A DNA stretch of 60,339 nucleotides, counting the filler, from Sphacelaria rigidula (taxonomy: Eukaryota): the NCBI GenBank assembly GCA_964200075.2. It is 9 parts of 9 records of this genome, joined end to end, with 100 filler letters (N's around TTAATTAATTAA, not from the genome) between each part and the next. Parts side by side here need not be neighbours in the genome. Positions count along the whole stretch, not along the records: positions 26,865 to 33,479 come from CAXNAA020019042.1; positions 33,580 to 40,194 come from CAXNAA020019043.1; 7 more parts are not named here. The stretch is one strand, 5' to 3'. The stretch's first letter is position 1; the number at the start of each line of letters is the position of its first letter. The translations under genes and the position numbers were made by a program. Positions 27,200 through 39,715 of this stretch are shown piece after piece. A model generated the notes under the pieces. That model ran no database searches, was not told the DNA's origin, and saw only the letters and a program-made list of their open reading frames with translations.

Positions 27200-28146
27200 G
27201 GTCGCTCCTTGTAAGGCTACTTCTCATGTATCAAAAAACGAAACTTGTTGAAAAGTGCATTTTTGACCCTTCTCTGTCGCTTTTCCCCCGAAAAGAGGGC
27301 TATAGGCGAATGTCGACACCTTGGAATGACTTGCTCTATTGGCTGAGACCGTTCCAGAGCACCTTCGCGTTTTCCGTAGGTCAAAGTTTCGTTTCTGGCC
27401 AAATGTGCATCTTCATGAACAAACAGTCAACTTATGCAATATATGGGGAAAACCGCCATATTTTCGATAACTTGACCGTTTGTTGTTGAAAATACATTCA
27501 CGGCCAAGAACGAAACTGTGACCTACGGAAAACTCAAAGGTGCTCTGGAACGGTCTCAGCAAATAGAGCAAGTCATCCCAAGGTGTCAACAGCCGCCGAG
27601 TCCTCGTTTATGTTCGGGGGGAAAACGACGGAGAAGGGCCAAAAATGCACTTTTCAACAAGCTTTATTTTTTTAATACATAAGAAGTAGCCTAACAGACA
27701 AAAATGAAAATCTGGAAAAGTGCCTTTTTGGAGCTTTGTCGTTTTTACGCTCTGAAAGAGAGCTAGGCGGAGTTTGACACCTTGGAATGACTTGCTCTAC
27801 TCGTTGAGGCGGTTCCAGGACATCTTCGCGTTTTCCGGTGGCCACAGTTTTTATTTTGGCCAATTAAGAACTCTTGTCCAAGAATGATCAAGTCCAGAGA
27901 AAAATGGCGATTTTTCCCTAGATTTGACTATTTTCGACCGTTCTAGGACAAAAGTTCTTGTTTGGCCAAAATAAAAATTGCGGTTACCGGAGAACGGGAA
28001 GATGTCCTGGAACCGCCTCAACGACTACAGCAAGTCATCCCCACGTGTCAAACTCAACCTAGCTCTCTTTTGGGGCGTAAAATGACGGATAAGCTCGAAA
28101 AAGGCACTTTTCCAGATATTTATTTCGGCTGTTAGAAGGAGCGGCT
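27200..28146. mobile_element. Palindromic MITE family M2 (outer element) carrying a nested related MITE
   Basis: The left end GGTCGCTCCTTGTAA resumes as (TAA)CAGACAAAAA after the insert. This mirrors the right end TTTCGGCTGTTAGAAGGAGCGGC. Confidence 0.8.
27215..27691. mobile_element. Palindromic Tourist/Harbinger-like MITE (GGCTACTTCT...AGAAGTAGCC), TAA TSD
   Basis: Perfect terminal inverted repeat, TAA at 27212-14 and 27692-94, and complementary arms throughout. Confidence 0.9.
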
Positions 28147-28403
28147 TTTGCACGATGAAAAAAAAAAAAACTGGAAAAAAACCCTTTGGTCGGCTGCTTG
28201 TTTTTCAGGGCCTCAACTGCGAGACCGATCGCATATCAAAACCAACCAACAAAAATGTTCGCATTATCATCTACATGAATGGGCTGGCAAACGACTGTAG
28301 TACACTAGTACACTGTGTGTCTTCTCAATCCAAGGATTAATTAGCCTGCACCGGGGAGAACCCGACGTGCTCCGTCCCGGCTTTATAGGGGCGGACCCCC
28401 CCC

Positions 28404-28890
28404 GTTGGGGTTGGCATCGGCTGGCGATGACGCTGTAAAACACGCCACTCACTGCGTAAGCTAGGTAACTAGGTGAAGGATTTTTTTCGTGCTTGCGTTT
28501 CTTTTGGCGGTGACCATGATAGTGGCCTCATGTTGTGTGGGGTGGGGGGAACCTCAACTCCGCGCAATGGCGATGATTGTACTACGTCGTGTTCCAAGAG
28601 TGAGACATCCGTGAGGCAGTGTAAAAGCCGTGGCTGTCTCAGGAAGTGGCGATACCAGAATATGAAGCGACTCATTGCAGGCTGTCATCTAGATGCAAGA
28701 TAGTCAGTAGGCTTTGAGCCGAACAATCGTAGCAGGATGCAGCTCACCCTTCATGCGACTCGCCGAACACACTCGCGCTTGGTGATTGAGTGCGAGCTTG
28801 GTCCGACGGGAACCCGGCGTGCTCCGTCCCGGCTTTGTAGGGATGCAAGGTCAATGGTCATATGGCTACGGCATGCAACATCATGAGTAG
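28404..28890 (+). mobile_element. ~490-bp non-autonomous retroelement (family C-SINE) with LINE-like 3' tail
   Basis: Colinear with 29727-30238 and 54770-55266, with the same 5' start (GGTTGGCRTC...CTGTAAAACACGCCAC) and a 3' end ATGAGTA followed by a C-rich run. Confidence 0.85.
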
Positions 28891-28943
28891 ACCCTCTCGT
28901 CTCCTCTCCCCTTCCGCACAAACCACACATCTTCCTCTCGTAC

Positions 28944-29066
28944 CTGAGCCTGCAATTTGATCTTGAAGAGATCCACGGGCGCTTCCACGATGGTGATCGG
29001 GATTGCAGCAAGCGAACCTGCCGCGTAGTATTGAGGGACCGTCAGCTCATTGCCCCCGCCAACAAC
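28944..29066 (-). CDS. Internal exon of a mitochondrial carrier (SLC25) family gene
   Basis: CCAG|...|GTACGA bounded 123-nt phase-0 exon encoding VVGGGNELTVPQYYAAGSLAAIPITIVEAPVDLFKIKLQAQ, which contains the carrier signature Px[DE]xx[KR]x[KR] (PVDLFKIK). Confidence 0.85.
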
Positions 29067-29341
29067 CTGGCAAAAATGGCACGAACAGCAGGAGAAGGGA
29101 TAAGCGGAGAACATCAGGGAGGAAAACACAACCCCTCTTGAGTATTATATAGCTTTGTTGCCGTCAGCCACCAAGAGGTCTGATACAGATTTCGAAACAT
29201 GAGCACACCACGATGATACTTGAAAAATTAGTGGATGTTACAAGTGCTTGTTTGCAGCTAAGCAGTGCCAAAGGTGGACTCCCTGTGGTGAAGATCCCTG
29301 GTCCCTGGGGCACGCCATGTTACTCCCCCCCCCCTCCCCCA

Positions 29342-29417
29342 AAACCCGGTGTGCTCCGGCATTGCAGGGATGCGAGGTCAATGGTCTGATGACTATGGCA
29401 TGCATTATCATGAGTAC
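29342..29417 (+). mobile_element. 5'-truncated C-SINE tail between two C-rich tracts
   Basis: CCCCCCCCCCTCCCCC-AAAACCCGGTGTGCTCCGG...GCATTATCATGAGTAC-ACCTCCTCCCTC. Confidence 0.8.
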
Positions 29418-29726
29418 ACCTCCTCCCTCGGACAAAACGGGGAAGAGGGGGTGGGTATGACAGTAGTGAAACGAAGTAGGGTCATAATCCAAACCCCCAA
29501 ACTCGTGAGGGAAGACGTGGTGAAGTCCCGGCAATGTTTGTGCGAGAAAATCACGTGTCTTGCGTACGGAGATGCCGATGCCTTGTATACTATTGTGTTT
29601 GGTAAATACAAGCACGGGTGGCAATGCCTTTTATGTTGAAATCCGTGACCAATTTTGTCGTAGCCATTCATATCACCAACAGTTCTACAGAGAACGAGGA
29701 TACCGATAACCTTCCCCCCACACCCC

Positions 29727-30238
29727 ATGGAGTTGTTGGCGTCGGTTGGCAACGGCGCTGTAAAACACGCCACCCACTGCGAAGCTAGGCAACCAGGTTA
29801 CCATTTCTTTGCGTGATCGCGTTTTTTTGCGGTAACCATGATGGTGGTCAAGGTAGATCATATTATGCGGGGCGGGAAAACCTCTACTCCGCGCAAAGGG
29901 GATGGTCATATCACGTATATTACGTAGTGTTGTAAACGGTGAGACACCCATGAGGCAGTGTATAAGCCGGAAGTGTCTCTGGAAGTGGCGATACCAGAAA
30001 ATTAAGCAACTCATTGTAGGCTGTGATCCAAATGCGAGATGATCAGTTAGCTTCGGGCTGAACAAACGTAGCAGGATGCAGCTCAACTTTCACGCGACTT
30101 GCCGAAAACACCACGGCACTTCGAGCTTGGTGATTGATTGCGAGCCTACTCCAGCGAAAACCCTGCGTGCTCCGTCCCGACTTTGTAGGGATGCGAGAGC
30201 AAGGGTCTCATGACTATGGCATGCATGATCATGAGTAC
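29727..30238 (+). mobile_element. Full-length C-SINE copy
   Basis: Colinear with the other two copies; flanked by CTTCCCCCCACACCCC and GCCCCCCTCCCCCCCTCCC. Confidence 0.85.
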
Positions 30239-32324
30239 GCGCCCCCCTCCCCCCCTCCCTCCATGAAAAAAACAGATAGACGAGGGACACCCGGACCTAC
30301 GAGACGGCTAAGACAGGTTAGACGCCAGTATGTGGGCGCGTACTTCCCTGGGGGCGTTTTTTCGAGCTGAATTGGTGACGTCCCTATAGGGGCCATTGCG
30401 ACGGTGGAGTACAATTTCACACCGTCGAACGCAAGTCCACCTCGTCACCTTCTGAAGCTGACAACTTAATCTCGTGTCTTTCTTCCTTCTCGCAACTTGT
30501 GCGGCGTGAACTGCCCTGCAAGCACTATTTCGTCGTACTCGTTGAAAACTGCAAGGCAATACAAAACAGTCGGATTCGGGTGGCGTTACACTAGATCATG
30601 TCTTCGATGGTACGTGTTGTGCACAAACGTTGGCGGCAACGATCCGACGGGCCGGTGCCCCCCCCCGTGTAGCGTGAAGGACGTGCTGGCATCGATCAGG
30701 GAACGGCGAAGGCTGTGGACAGACATGGCGCAACGGTACTGTCAAATATTGGCTGGGGACTGCACGCTTGACGAGAACTTTTACACTGCTGTGCACAGTT
30801 CGGAGCCAGCCTTGCGGAAGCAATATGTCAGGGCGTGTGACGAAATCACGCCGTCACCTTGAGTATAGAGTGATGCTTGGATGATGACTTGGGATCTGTA
30901 GTGATGATATGGATGATGACATCCACACAGGGGTGATACCCAGATGTGGTTTATGGAGCCGCCTGGGAGTCACTCGGAGATAATAAAAGGTGTTGTGAAG
31001 GCTAACAACTGAGACCTGAGACCAGTGGAACTGGGGGGTCCCTCAACAACACTAGACGCTGCAGTACTAGCGACCTGCTGGCGTCACAGGCGCAAGCCGA
31101 CGAAGGACGAGTCGTCGCCAACACGATGGCGTGGAGCAAGGAAAACAATAACGCCACAATCAGCTCCGTATCGTCGCCGACCGAAGCTTTGACGATACAC
31201 GCAGACGAGCGCGGGCGTACCCAACAACCCTTACAAATATGGGAACGGGTGCCCTCGAGCGCGGAAAACCCGAAGCCCCCGACGGAAGGGTGTCCGAAAG
31301 TATCAGGCAGCCAACCGGAATCTGCCAGATGTCAACGGGACACGGATAAGGTGGACGGCGACGTGAAGGATGATAAAAAGAGACCAGCAAACCCCGAGCA
31401 GCTCCCTGCTCCTGGAATTGCTCACGCGCCGTGATGCACACTTGTAGCATCGCGTGCTGGCCGGTCGCCACACAGCTGACGTGTTTGTTGACCGGGTGGT
31501 TGTATGCATCAGGGTTAGAAAAACTCCACGTGGGCCTGCGGTGGCGCAGATTATAAGGAAAAGTGGCCGATGCGCAGCTGTTGGGAGTTTCTCTTTGCGG
31601 CTTGCCGCAGGAAAAAAAAAATGGGGGTGTTTTTCTCGCCGCGAGGCTCATACCGTCGAAATGGACCCTATTCTGACGAAACCCAGGCATCTTTTGAGAG
31701 GAAAACCCCCAAAAAATCGCTCCGCGGGGCCCCTCCGAGTGGGGGCCTACGCGGCCGGCGCCCTCTGGGGGACCCCTGCGGGGGGCCGAATGTCGTCTTC
31801 GGCTCCCGCCTGCGAAGTTTTTCTAACCCTGGTATGCATGTTCTGATTCGTTCAAGTCGACTGTGAGCACAATTCTGGATTATTTGGGGCGTTCCCCCCC
31901 CGTGCACGCTTCACGTTTGCGACCGTTTTCACGATGAGCACGGCCACCTATTCAAATGGGCCTTTTTTCTCTGCCGGGCAACCACTTTGCTGTTTCAGTC
32001 AATCGACCAACCGTGCGTTGCTCATGTACGCGTGATCCTGTGTGTATCGGTGTTTGCGTACCTCTATTGGCATCGAAATCTGCGCCCGAGAAAGATAGCA
32101 CAGGCGGCACTACAGCAAAAAAAAAAAAATGCGTTACAACAGGTATTCCTTGTTTTGATTTGATGCGATACATTGTCGCATATTAACTGATCCCTAAGTC
32201 ATCCGGTCCTGGGCATTACCCACGATATAGACGTACCCAAGGTGAAAAAAATGGAACACTCGCTGTAGGGGAGAGATCTGATCAAAAAGGTGTAACAGAC
32301 ACAGAAAGCAGACTGAAAAAAAAC

Positions 32325-32736
32325 AGGAAGGGATACGTGACACGTGACGTTTTGACGCGACACATTTGAAAACACGTAACTTTGGGTCATTTAACGCTAC
32401 GCAAGATTGGATTTTTTGGATGGGATATATGTAACGTAACGTGATGTAACGTGTGGCCATTGCATGAACCCTAACATTGCGTTTTACTATCATAATGTGA
32501 AGAAAACTCTGCTTGTTTTCGTGAATATGTCACGTGTCACGTTAAAAATTCACAAAAACAGCCTTTTTTACATCTGGGAAACACCAAGAGACACTGCTTC
32601 AAGGTCCACATGTTACATCACGTTACGCTCCATTTGTCCCGTCCAAAAAATCAAACCTTACGTAGCGTTAACTGGCCCAAAGTTACGTTTTTCCCGTTTT
32701 TTTCAAATGTGTCGCGTGTGTCACGTATCCCTCCCA
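32325..32736. mobile_element. MITE-like inverted repeat element
   Basis: Complementary pairs GGGATACGTGACAC / GTGTCACGTATCCC, ACGTAACTTTGGG / CCCAAAGTTACGT and CGTAACGTGATGTAAC / GTTACATCACGTTACG. Confidence 0.75.
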
Positions 32737-33579
32737 GAAAAAAATAATAATAATAAGGCTGACCTCTGTACGGAAGCACTTGCTGGAGGGTAGTGATCTA
32801 AACAAAAAGGTGGAAGAGCAGAGGTGGAAAAGCAAACTGAAGAAAAAAAAGTGGAAGAACAGGGGAAAGAGCGCTAGAAATAATCGCCGACCCCTGCAAA
32901 AAGATGGCTTCATATGGAAACGGTCCTTTGCTCAATAGCACATACGCCTCCATACCGAATGGAGAATGAAGAACAAGAAAAATCCTTGGGCTCGGCATGC
33001 CGAAATCCGAATAATTATCAGCGTGACTTCTCATGTTTCCCACACCAACATCACGCTGACTGACCTTACCTCCGAGCATAACCATCTGCGTTTGTGCTAC
33101 GGAAAATACATCGCAAGTTGTAGAGCAAAGTTGGAATTTTATCCATTGTTCAACCATAGCACGGGAGGCCCTCCACACGATGGCGTTGAGTCGTGGACTA
33201 CAGGTAGGGCAATTTCTCGCAGCCCCTACAAGCTGGGCCGGCCAAGACGCCATTTTCCAAGCAATATCGCCATGCCCCTCTCATTTTTTTGAGTTTGAAC
33301 CTGAAATTTTGACACGTGATTTTGAGTACCCTTGCCCAGACATTGGAAGGAATTAGCAAAAAATAAAATAAAAAATACTATAGTTTTCGTCAAAAATGTG
33401 ATCGTGAAATGCGTTAAGGGGCCTGTAAGTCAGCAAGATTTTTTTTTTTTTTTTTTTTTATTTCTTTCTGTTTTTTTTTNNNNNNNNNNNNNNNNNNNNN
33501 NNNNNNNNNNNNNNNNNNNNNNNTTAATTAATTAANNNNNNNNNNNNNNNNNNNNNNNNNNNNNNNNNNNNNNNNNNNN

Positions 33580-34048
33580 CACTATATTCGTGAGATTCAG
33601 AACGTAGTTTCAGATTCAGAGTGAGACCCGAAACAATCGACCTTCCCGTCGATTTTGACATCGCCACAGTTCGAGGAGTAATTCGCACAGCTGGTGAAGC
33701 GGTGGCTTCAAAGCTGTCATCTACACGATCAATTTGACACATCACTTGATCGCAACGACGTAGTCAGTCCATTGCAACAAAAGATCCCCTCTTTCAGGAA
33801 AAACAGATTAGTGCCTGAAACAGTTCCAATTCCGAAATGCCCCCCCCCAGGCGTAAAAATGCTTTGTGCGGTATCTCACCAACCAGACCGCCGAATTCCT
33901 CGAATGGGGTACTGTACGGTAGCTGCATGCACAGCGCGGACGTGTGCTCAAGCAAAAAAAAAAAAAAAAAGTTGCCTGTTGGGACCCCTAGAGCATTCAC
34001 TGTCACTCTGAATCTGAAACTACCCTCTGAATTGCACGAATATATGTG
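33580..34048. mobile_element. Non-autonomous TIR element (~45-bp TIRs)
   Basis: TATATTCGTG...TCAGA..GTAGTTTCAGATTCAGAGTGA at the left; TCACTCTGAATCTGAAACTAC..TCTGA...CACGAATATA at the right. Confidence 0.7.
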
Positions 34049-35329
34049 TAGAAGGCGAGGAAAGACATGAAAGGATGCTAACTCGTCATGATATGACATT
34101 GTGCCGAAATTAATTCCTTCGCAAATGCTCACGCTAATTCTTGAGGTTGAACTCTGACACACAACATATACCTCGGGACACGACGGAACTTTTGAGTAAC
34201 GTTTTTTTCTCTTGCCAATTTTCGAGGGTACCAGGGGTTTGGAGGATTTTTGGGAATCACACGACTATCTGGGACCCACGATCATCAATTGAAAAACACT
34301 GTTCTTCGAAAGTCTTATGTGTGCAATTTTCCAGAGTTCAAGTCCAAGAATCGGCGTGAGCATTTGCGCCTTGGTGCGTTGAGGTGAGCTCGAAAAGTAC
34401 AAAATCCCAACTACTCGGTCTAAGGAGAAACGACTTTTCGGGGCGTTGCATCAATGATTTTTTTTCAGGATACAAAGCTTTGACAAAAATCCTCTCTGGA
34501 CTACCCAGGGCACATACATTATTTTCTGGGCATGGACGACCGCTGGAAGCCGGTGAGAAGCGGAGAATCTTTGAAATATGCCCAGCATTTTTTCATTTGG
34601 AGCACCAATACCTCCCGAAGAGAGCCGAGTACGAGGGCGACATGTTTTTTTTCACGACGGTCACGTGGGATCCTCGGGAGGCTCGCTGGGTTTTCGGTGC
34701 ATATCATCCGTGAAAATCTCACGATGCCAAAGCCGTACACCACCGAAATACGTCGCTTTGGGGAAATGAATCGATCTCACAGTAACCTTTTCCCATTTTT
34801 TTCCTGCATGAGATTCCGAGCTGATAGCGGTTACTGCGATTTGAAGCATGTGGAGATGGGGTAAACGTTGGGATGAGAATTCGTACTTGTCCCGGAACAA
34901 TTTAAAGGGTGCACACGCGACTATTTGGCTACCTCCAAAATTCCTCCAGGTGGGTGAACTTTTCGAGCTTTCAGAGGAATTGAACGTCTCCGGAGGGGTG
35001 CGCGACCCTGCAGAGATTTTTTGGTTTTCTTCAGAGGGATTCAACGCCTTCGGAGGCTTATTTTTGCCTCTGGAGGGCCGCGCATACCCCCAAATTCCTC
35101 AGGAGGGGTGCGCGCCCCTCCGCGTTGGTAGCGTTTGGTTTTCTCCAGGGGGATTGAAGGCCTCCGTAGGCTTTTTTCCCCCCTCGAGGGTGCTCCTGCG
35201 GGTGTATATTTTTTGCCAATATTCTCCTTGGCCTATTGTAGTTGGCGTGCTAGGAAATAAAAAAGTATTGCCTCTACATTTACCGAAGCGGACGGCTTTA
35301 TTGCTGTATATTTAAGGGTGATGCTATTT

Positions 35330-35790
35330 TCAAGTCGCGACTTGAAAATAGTTGTGTCCACCAGCAGCTGCGATTTGACTACCCGCACGCGTTCGTCCCA
35401 TGTGCCTTGCATTGACACCATAACACCTGCAATACACTCACACAGTCCGTAGCCATCGTTCAAGCTATCGTACGATGCAAACGGCCTCGTAGAGAGCGAG
35501 AAATGCGCCTGCTGCACACTGCCAAAAAGATACCGCCGCCCGGGTGGAGGCGGACAAAGGCTGTGTCAAGGTCGCAACTTGGACATATTATATCTACCAC
35601 CAGCGACTGGAATACCTGTCCACGCTGGTCCCAAGTACCTTGTATCGACACCAGAACAACTGCCATATACTCACACAGCTTGTGGCTATCGTTCAAGCCA
35701 TCGCACGATGCGAACGGCCTCGTAGCGGACGAGAAACGCGCCTGCTACACACAATGCCAAACAATACCGCCACCCGACTGGAGGTGGACA
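35330..35790. repeat. Diverged tandem duplication, ~235-bp unit x2
   Basis: ATCGTTCAAGC.ATCG.ACGATGC.AACGGCCTCGTAG occurs at ~35455 and ~35688. Both units end TGGAGG.GGACA. Confidence 0.8.
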
Positions 35791-37232
35791 TCATTAGCTA
35801 CCATGTCCCAGTCCAGTGAGTGGAATGCCGCGTATCCCTGCTGAGGCCTTCTGGGGTGTAGCCAAGTGTCCGCGTGTGTGGTTCTCGGTCGAGGTACCTA
35901 TTTGCCCTCAGCGCCATCACTAGGGGCTTAACGAATCTCTGGCATGTCACCCTCTTCAGTTGTGCACGGTCAGTATGGTATCGTGTACGCAACTATCGAG
36001 TAGGTATCGCGAACTGTGCATGCTGATGAGTGTTTTTGCGGGTCAACACCGAGAGACAGCCTGTATGGCCAGCGTCGAACCCCCACCCACCAAGAGAAAT
36101 GCTGTATCCATCCAGCTACATACCGACATTTTCAACCATTTGGCCGACTTGATTCTTCCGTTGGTGACGGTTCTCCATCAGGTGATGACCGAGACACCCC
36201 ACCGCCCAACCCCCACCTTTAACGGTAAAGAACCCAACCCCAACCCGTGCACCAGAGCTTGGGTGGTGTGCTTGATAAGGTTCTACATTAGTGTTGCTTG
36301 CGTAGGTACTAGGGCGGTGGACTTGGTTGAACCTAAGCGACGGCCTCACCGTTGGGGGCGGGCTGGAGTGCCTCGCTTACATGCATCCGGGGGGTTGCAT
36401 CGATTATTTGGCTGTCAGTCGATCTCAACTTTTCGCACAGTTCCCGAACACTACCAACGTATCGAGGACAGCCACCAACTTTCGTTCAAGAGGGCTACAA
36501 GTAGGCGAGAGTTCGAGACCTCGAAATGACGCGCTCAAGTCGTTGAGACGTTTCGAGGACATCTTCGCGTTTGCCGGTAACGGCCGTGTGTTGTGTTGCC
36601 AAACTTGCATTGCTGTCCCATTACGGGCATGAAGGGGTAAGTCTGAAAAGGCTGCCGTTCTCATCCGGACTTCGCCTCTGTACAAACATGATAAAAAAAC
36701 TGCGGTCACCCGCAAACGCAAAGATGTCCCAAGACCATGCTCGAGTAGAACAGGTCATTCCAAATTGTAAACTCCGCCTGGCTCTGTTTGGGCGTAAAAT
36801 ATGTTGTCATCCCTCCTATTCCGGACGCCAGTCTACACCTTTTGCTATATGTCGGCGCATCAGCCGGGGTCACACAGGAGAAGGTCTACACGGGAGCTCT
36901 GATTCCGCAGGATTTTTTTTCCGTTAGCCATAAGACGCGGTGAAACTGGCCGGATCTCTTCAGCCTCACGGCCGCGCCGCAAAGAAAAACATTATTGCAC
37001 CCATGATGGAGGAAGGGGGTGCGGGGGTCGTCAGTTGATACTGTCGTGGTATTTCAGTATCGAAAAAACGTTTGTTCAGCTGGTACTCGAGGTTCGAGAA
37101 TCTGCTTTCCCCTCGCTTCCAAAGCCAGTGAAAAATTTCAAGTAGCTGTACCTGAGCAAACACGTACGATACCTGCAGCCGTCCTGGCACTACAGTGATA
37201 CGCCCGTACGCAACATATGTTCTTCTTTGATT

Positions 37233-37253
37233 GGGTGGTGTTGAGTAAACACC
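37233..37253 (-). terminator. Putative histone mRNA 3' stem-loop of H1
   Basis: Minus strand GGTGTT-TACTC-AACACC-ACCC, about 51 nt after the stop; near-identical to the H3 hairpin. Confidence 0.75.
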
Positions 37254-37304
37254 AGGGTTTGTTGAGTGCCCGTCCCAGACGACAGGTTTCGGAGTTGCAC
37301 AAGT

Positions 37305-38513
37305 TCACGCGGCAGGTTTCGGGGCAGTCTTCTTGGGGGCTGACTTCTTTGGCGTCGCTTTTTTGGCAGCGGGCTTCTTCTTGGCGACCTTCTTTTTGGG
37401 GGTGCCATCCGTCTTCTTCATCACGGTCTTCTTCTTGACGACCTTTTTCTTGGGGGTGCCGTCCGCCTTCTTGGCAGCTGTCTTCTTGACGACTTTCTTC
37501 TTCACCACCTTCACCTTCTTCGGGGTCTTTTTCACCACCTTCTTCTTGGCGGGCTTCTTCACTACCTTCTTCACGACCTTCTTCTTCGGCTTCGGCGCCG
37601 GCTTCTTCGCCTCGGCCGACAGCTTGTACGAGCTCTTCACCTGCACGCACGTGGCAACAATTCAGAAACCCACAAGGTCTGACGTTGAGTAGCGCACACG
37701 GACACACCAATACGCCCGCCGTTATCGACAACTCGACTCTCGGACTCAATACCTGCACCTGAAGACCCGCATTTCAATCCACCTCTACTACTCTCAACGC
37801 GCGAGACGGATATCCACGGACGGGACAGCGCCCATCGAAACCACGTCCGATTTTTTTCGGAAGCTGAAATTGGATATGGGTTCTTGTTTGCAGTGCAGGA
37901 GTATTGGTCAACCAACGGTAGGGTTCGGCACGGACCTTGATGAACTTTCCGGATTCGGTGCCCTTCTTGAGCGCCGCGCGAAGCTGGTGCGGCGCGAACT
38001 TGGTGGTCAACTCAGGATGGGTGGTGACCATGTACTTCTTGATGGCAGCCAAGCTGGACCCGTTGCGCTCCTTGAGGGCCTTAATGGCCTCAAACACCAT
38101 CTGGCGAGTTTTGAGAGCAATGTGCGAGTGAAGGGTAGGCCGTCAGTATATTGCAGTCAACACGTCGAAGGTCTTCAGGAGAAACGGTGCAGTAAGAAAC
38201 TGGAACTGAGGGCCCCCCCTACATTATTGCGCCCCGTAGCCTACAGCGCACGTTGCGTGATGATATGCCTTGGTGCAATTGTGCACCTGTGTTTCGTGCG
38301 TTCAGACGCTGTGGAGACCTGCGCATCAAACCATCCGGTGTGATTCACCCATGTACACGAACAGGCACACGTGATGAAATGAGGCATCAGACTAATCGAA
38401 TGTCATTCCACCCCGACACATGATGCACGTGTTCTGTAGTACAGGGCTAACTCGGCTCAGGGTTGCATACTGTCCATTATCCATTTCGCTCTCACCTCGC
38501 TGTATGTCGGCAT
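37305..38513 (-). CDS. H1: Linker histone H1, 3 exons (38513-38496, 38100-37936, 37640-37305), 172 aa
   Basis: MPTYSE|MVFEAIKALKERNGSSLAAIKKY...KKGTESGKFIK|VKSSYKLS followed by a Lys/Ala/Pro-rich tail. All introns are GT-AG and phase 0, and the H15 globular domain is intact. Confidence 0.95.
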
Positions 38514-39259
<746 letters not shown>

Positions 39260-39319
39260 CCAAACTATGGCTGCAGTCCCCATCATCACTTCCTGCAGGC
39301 CACGTGCAACAAAAACATT

Positions 39320-39340
39320 GGTGTTTCCTCAACACCACCC
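39320..39340 (+). terminator. Putative histone mRNA 3' stem-loop of H3
   Basis: GGTGTT-TCCTC-AACACC-ACCC, 60 nt after the stop and preceded by AAAAACATT. Confidence 0.75.
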
Positions 39341-39637
39341 TCCTGCCAAAAGAAATTTAATCCGATACTACATAACGGCCCCGTACCCGCTCAATCAGGT
39401 ATTTTCAAAACTCATCCCAACGATACCCACGCATACCACGGTAGGGTATACCCCAGTAAATGCCGGGGGTATACCTGCTAAATACCGGACGTGATGCACT
39501 CCCCACGGTACAGCAGCTGGTCCCAACTTCCGCGAAGGCCAGACATTGTCGGAGCAGTAGCGTCTGTTTCCGTCATCCCCAAGAAATGTATACCCAGATT
39601 CCCCCTGATTTTCGTGTTCGGCTCGATTCGAGTGGAC

Positions 39638-39715
39638 TTGATTTGATTGACCGTCGCACTTTAACTGACTCCCCAGGGGCCCAGCCGTGATCTCATGACG
39701 GACCCACCCGGGAGG
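39638..39715 (-). mobile_element. Retroelement 3' tail ending in (TCAA)n; related copies at 51105-51178(+) and 52390-52450(-)
   Basis: Shared CTGGRCCCCTRGGGRGTCAGTTAAAGTRCGAC followed by AATCAATC. More distant (TCAA)n-tailed hairpins occur at ~10130, ~12950 and ~23125. Confidence 0.65.

Noticed and set aside
28605..28645. SECIS-like RTGA...AA...GA hairpin, or HDV/hammerhead ribozyme, in the C-SINE body
   Set aside because: The RTGA/GA spacing is not kept in all three copies, and I could not build HDV P3/P1.1 or hammerhead CTGANGA/GAAA cores.
37333..37692. Phe/Thr-rich hydrophobic ORF on the plus strand
   Set aside because: It is the antisense shadow of the Lys-rich H1 tail.
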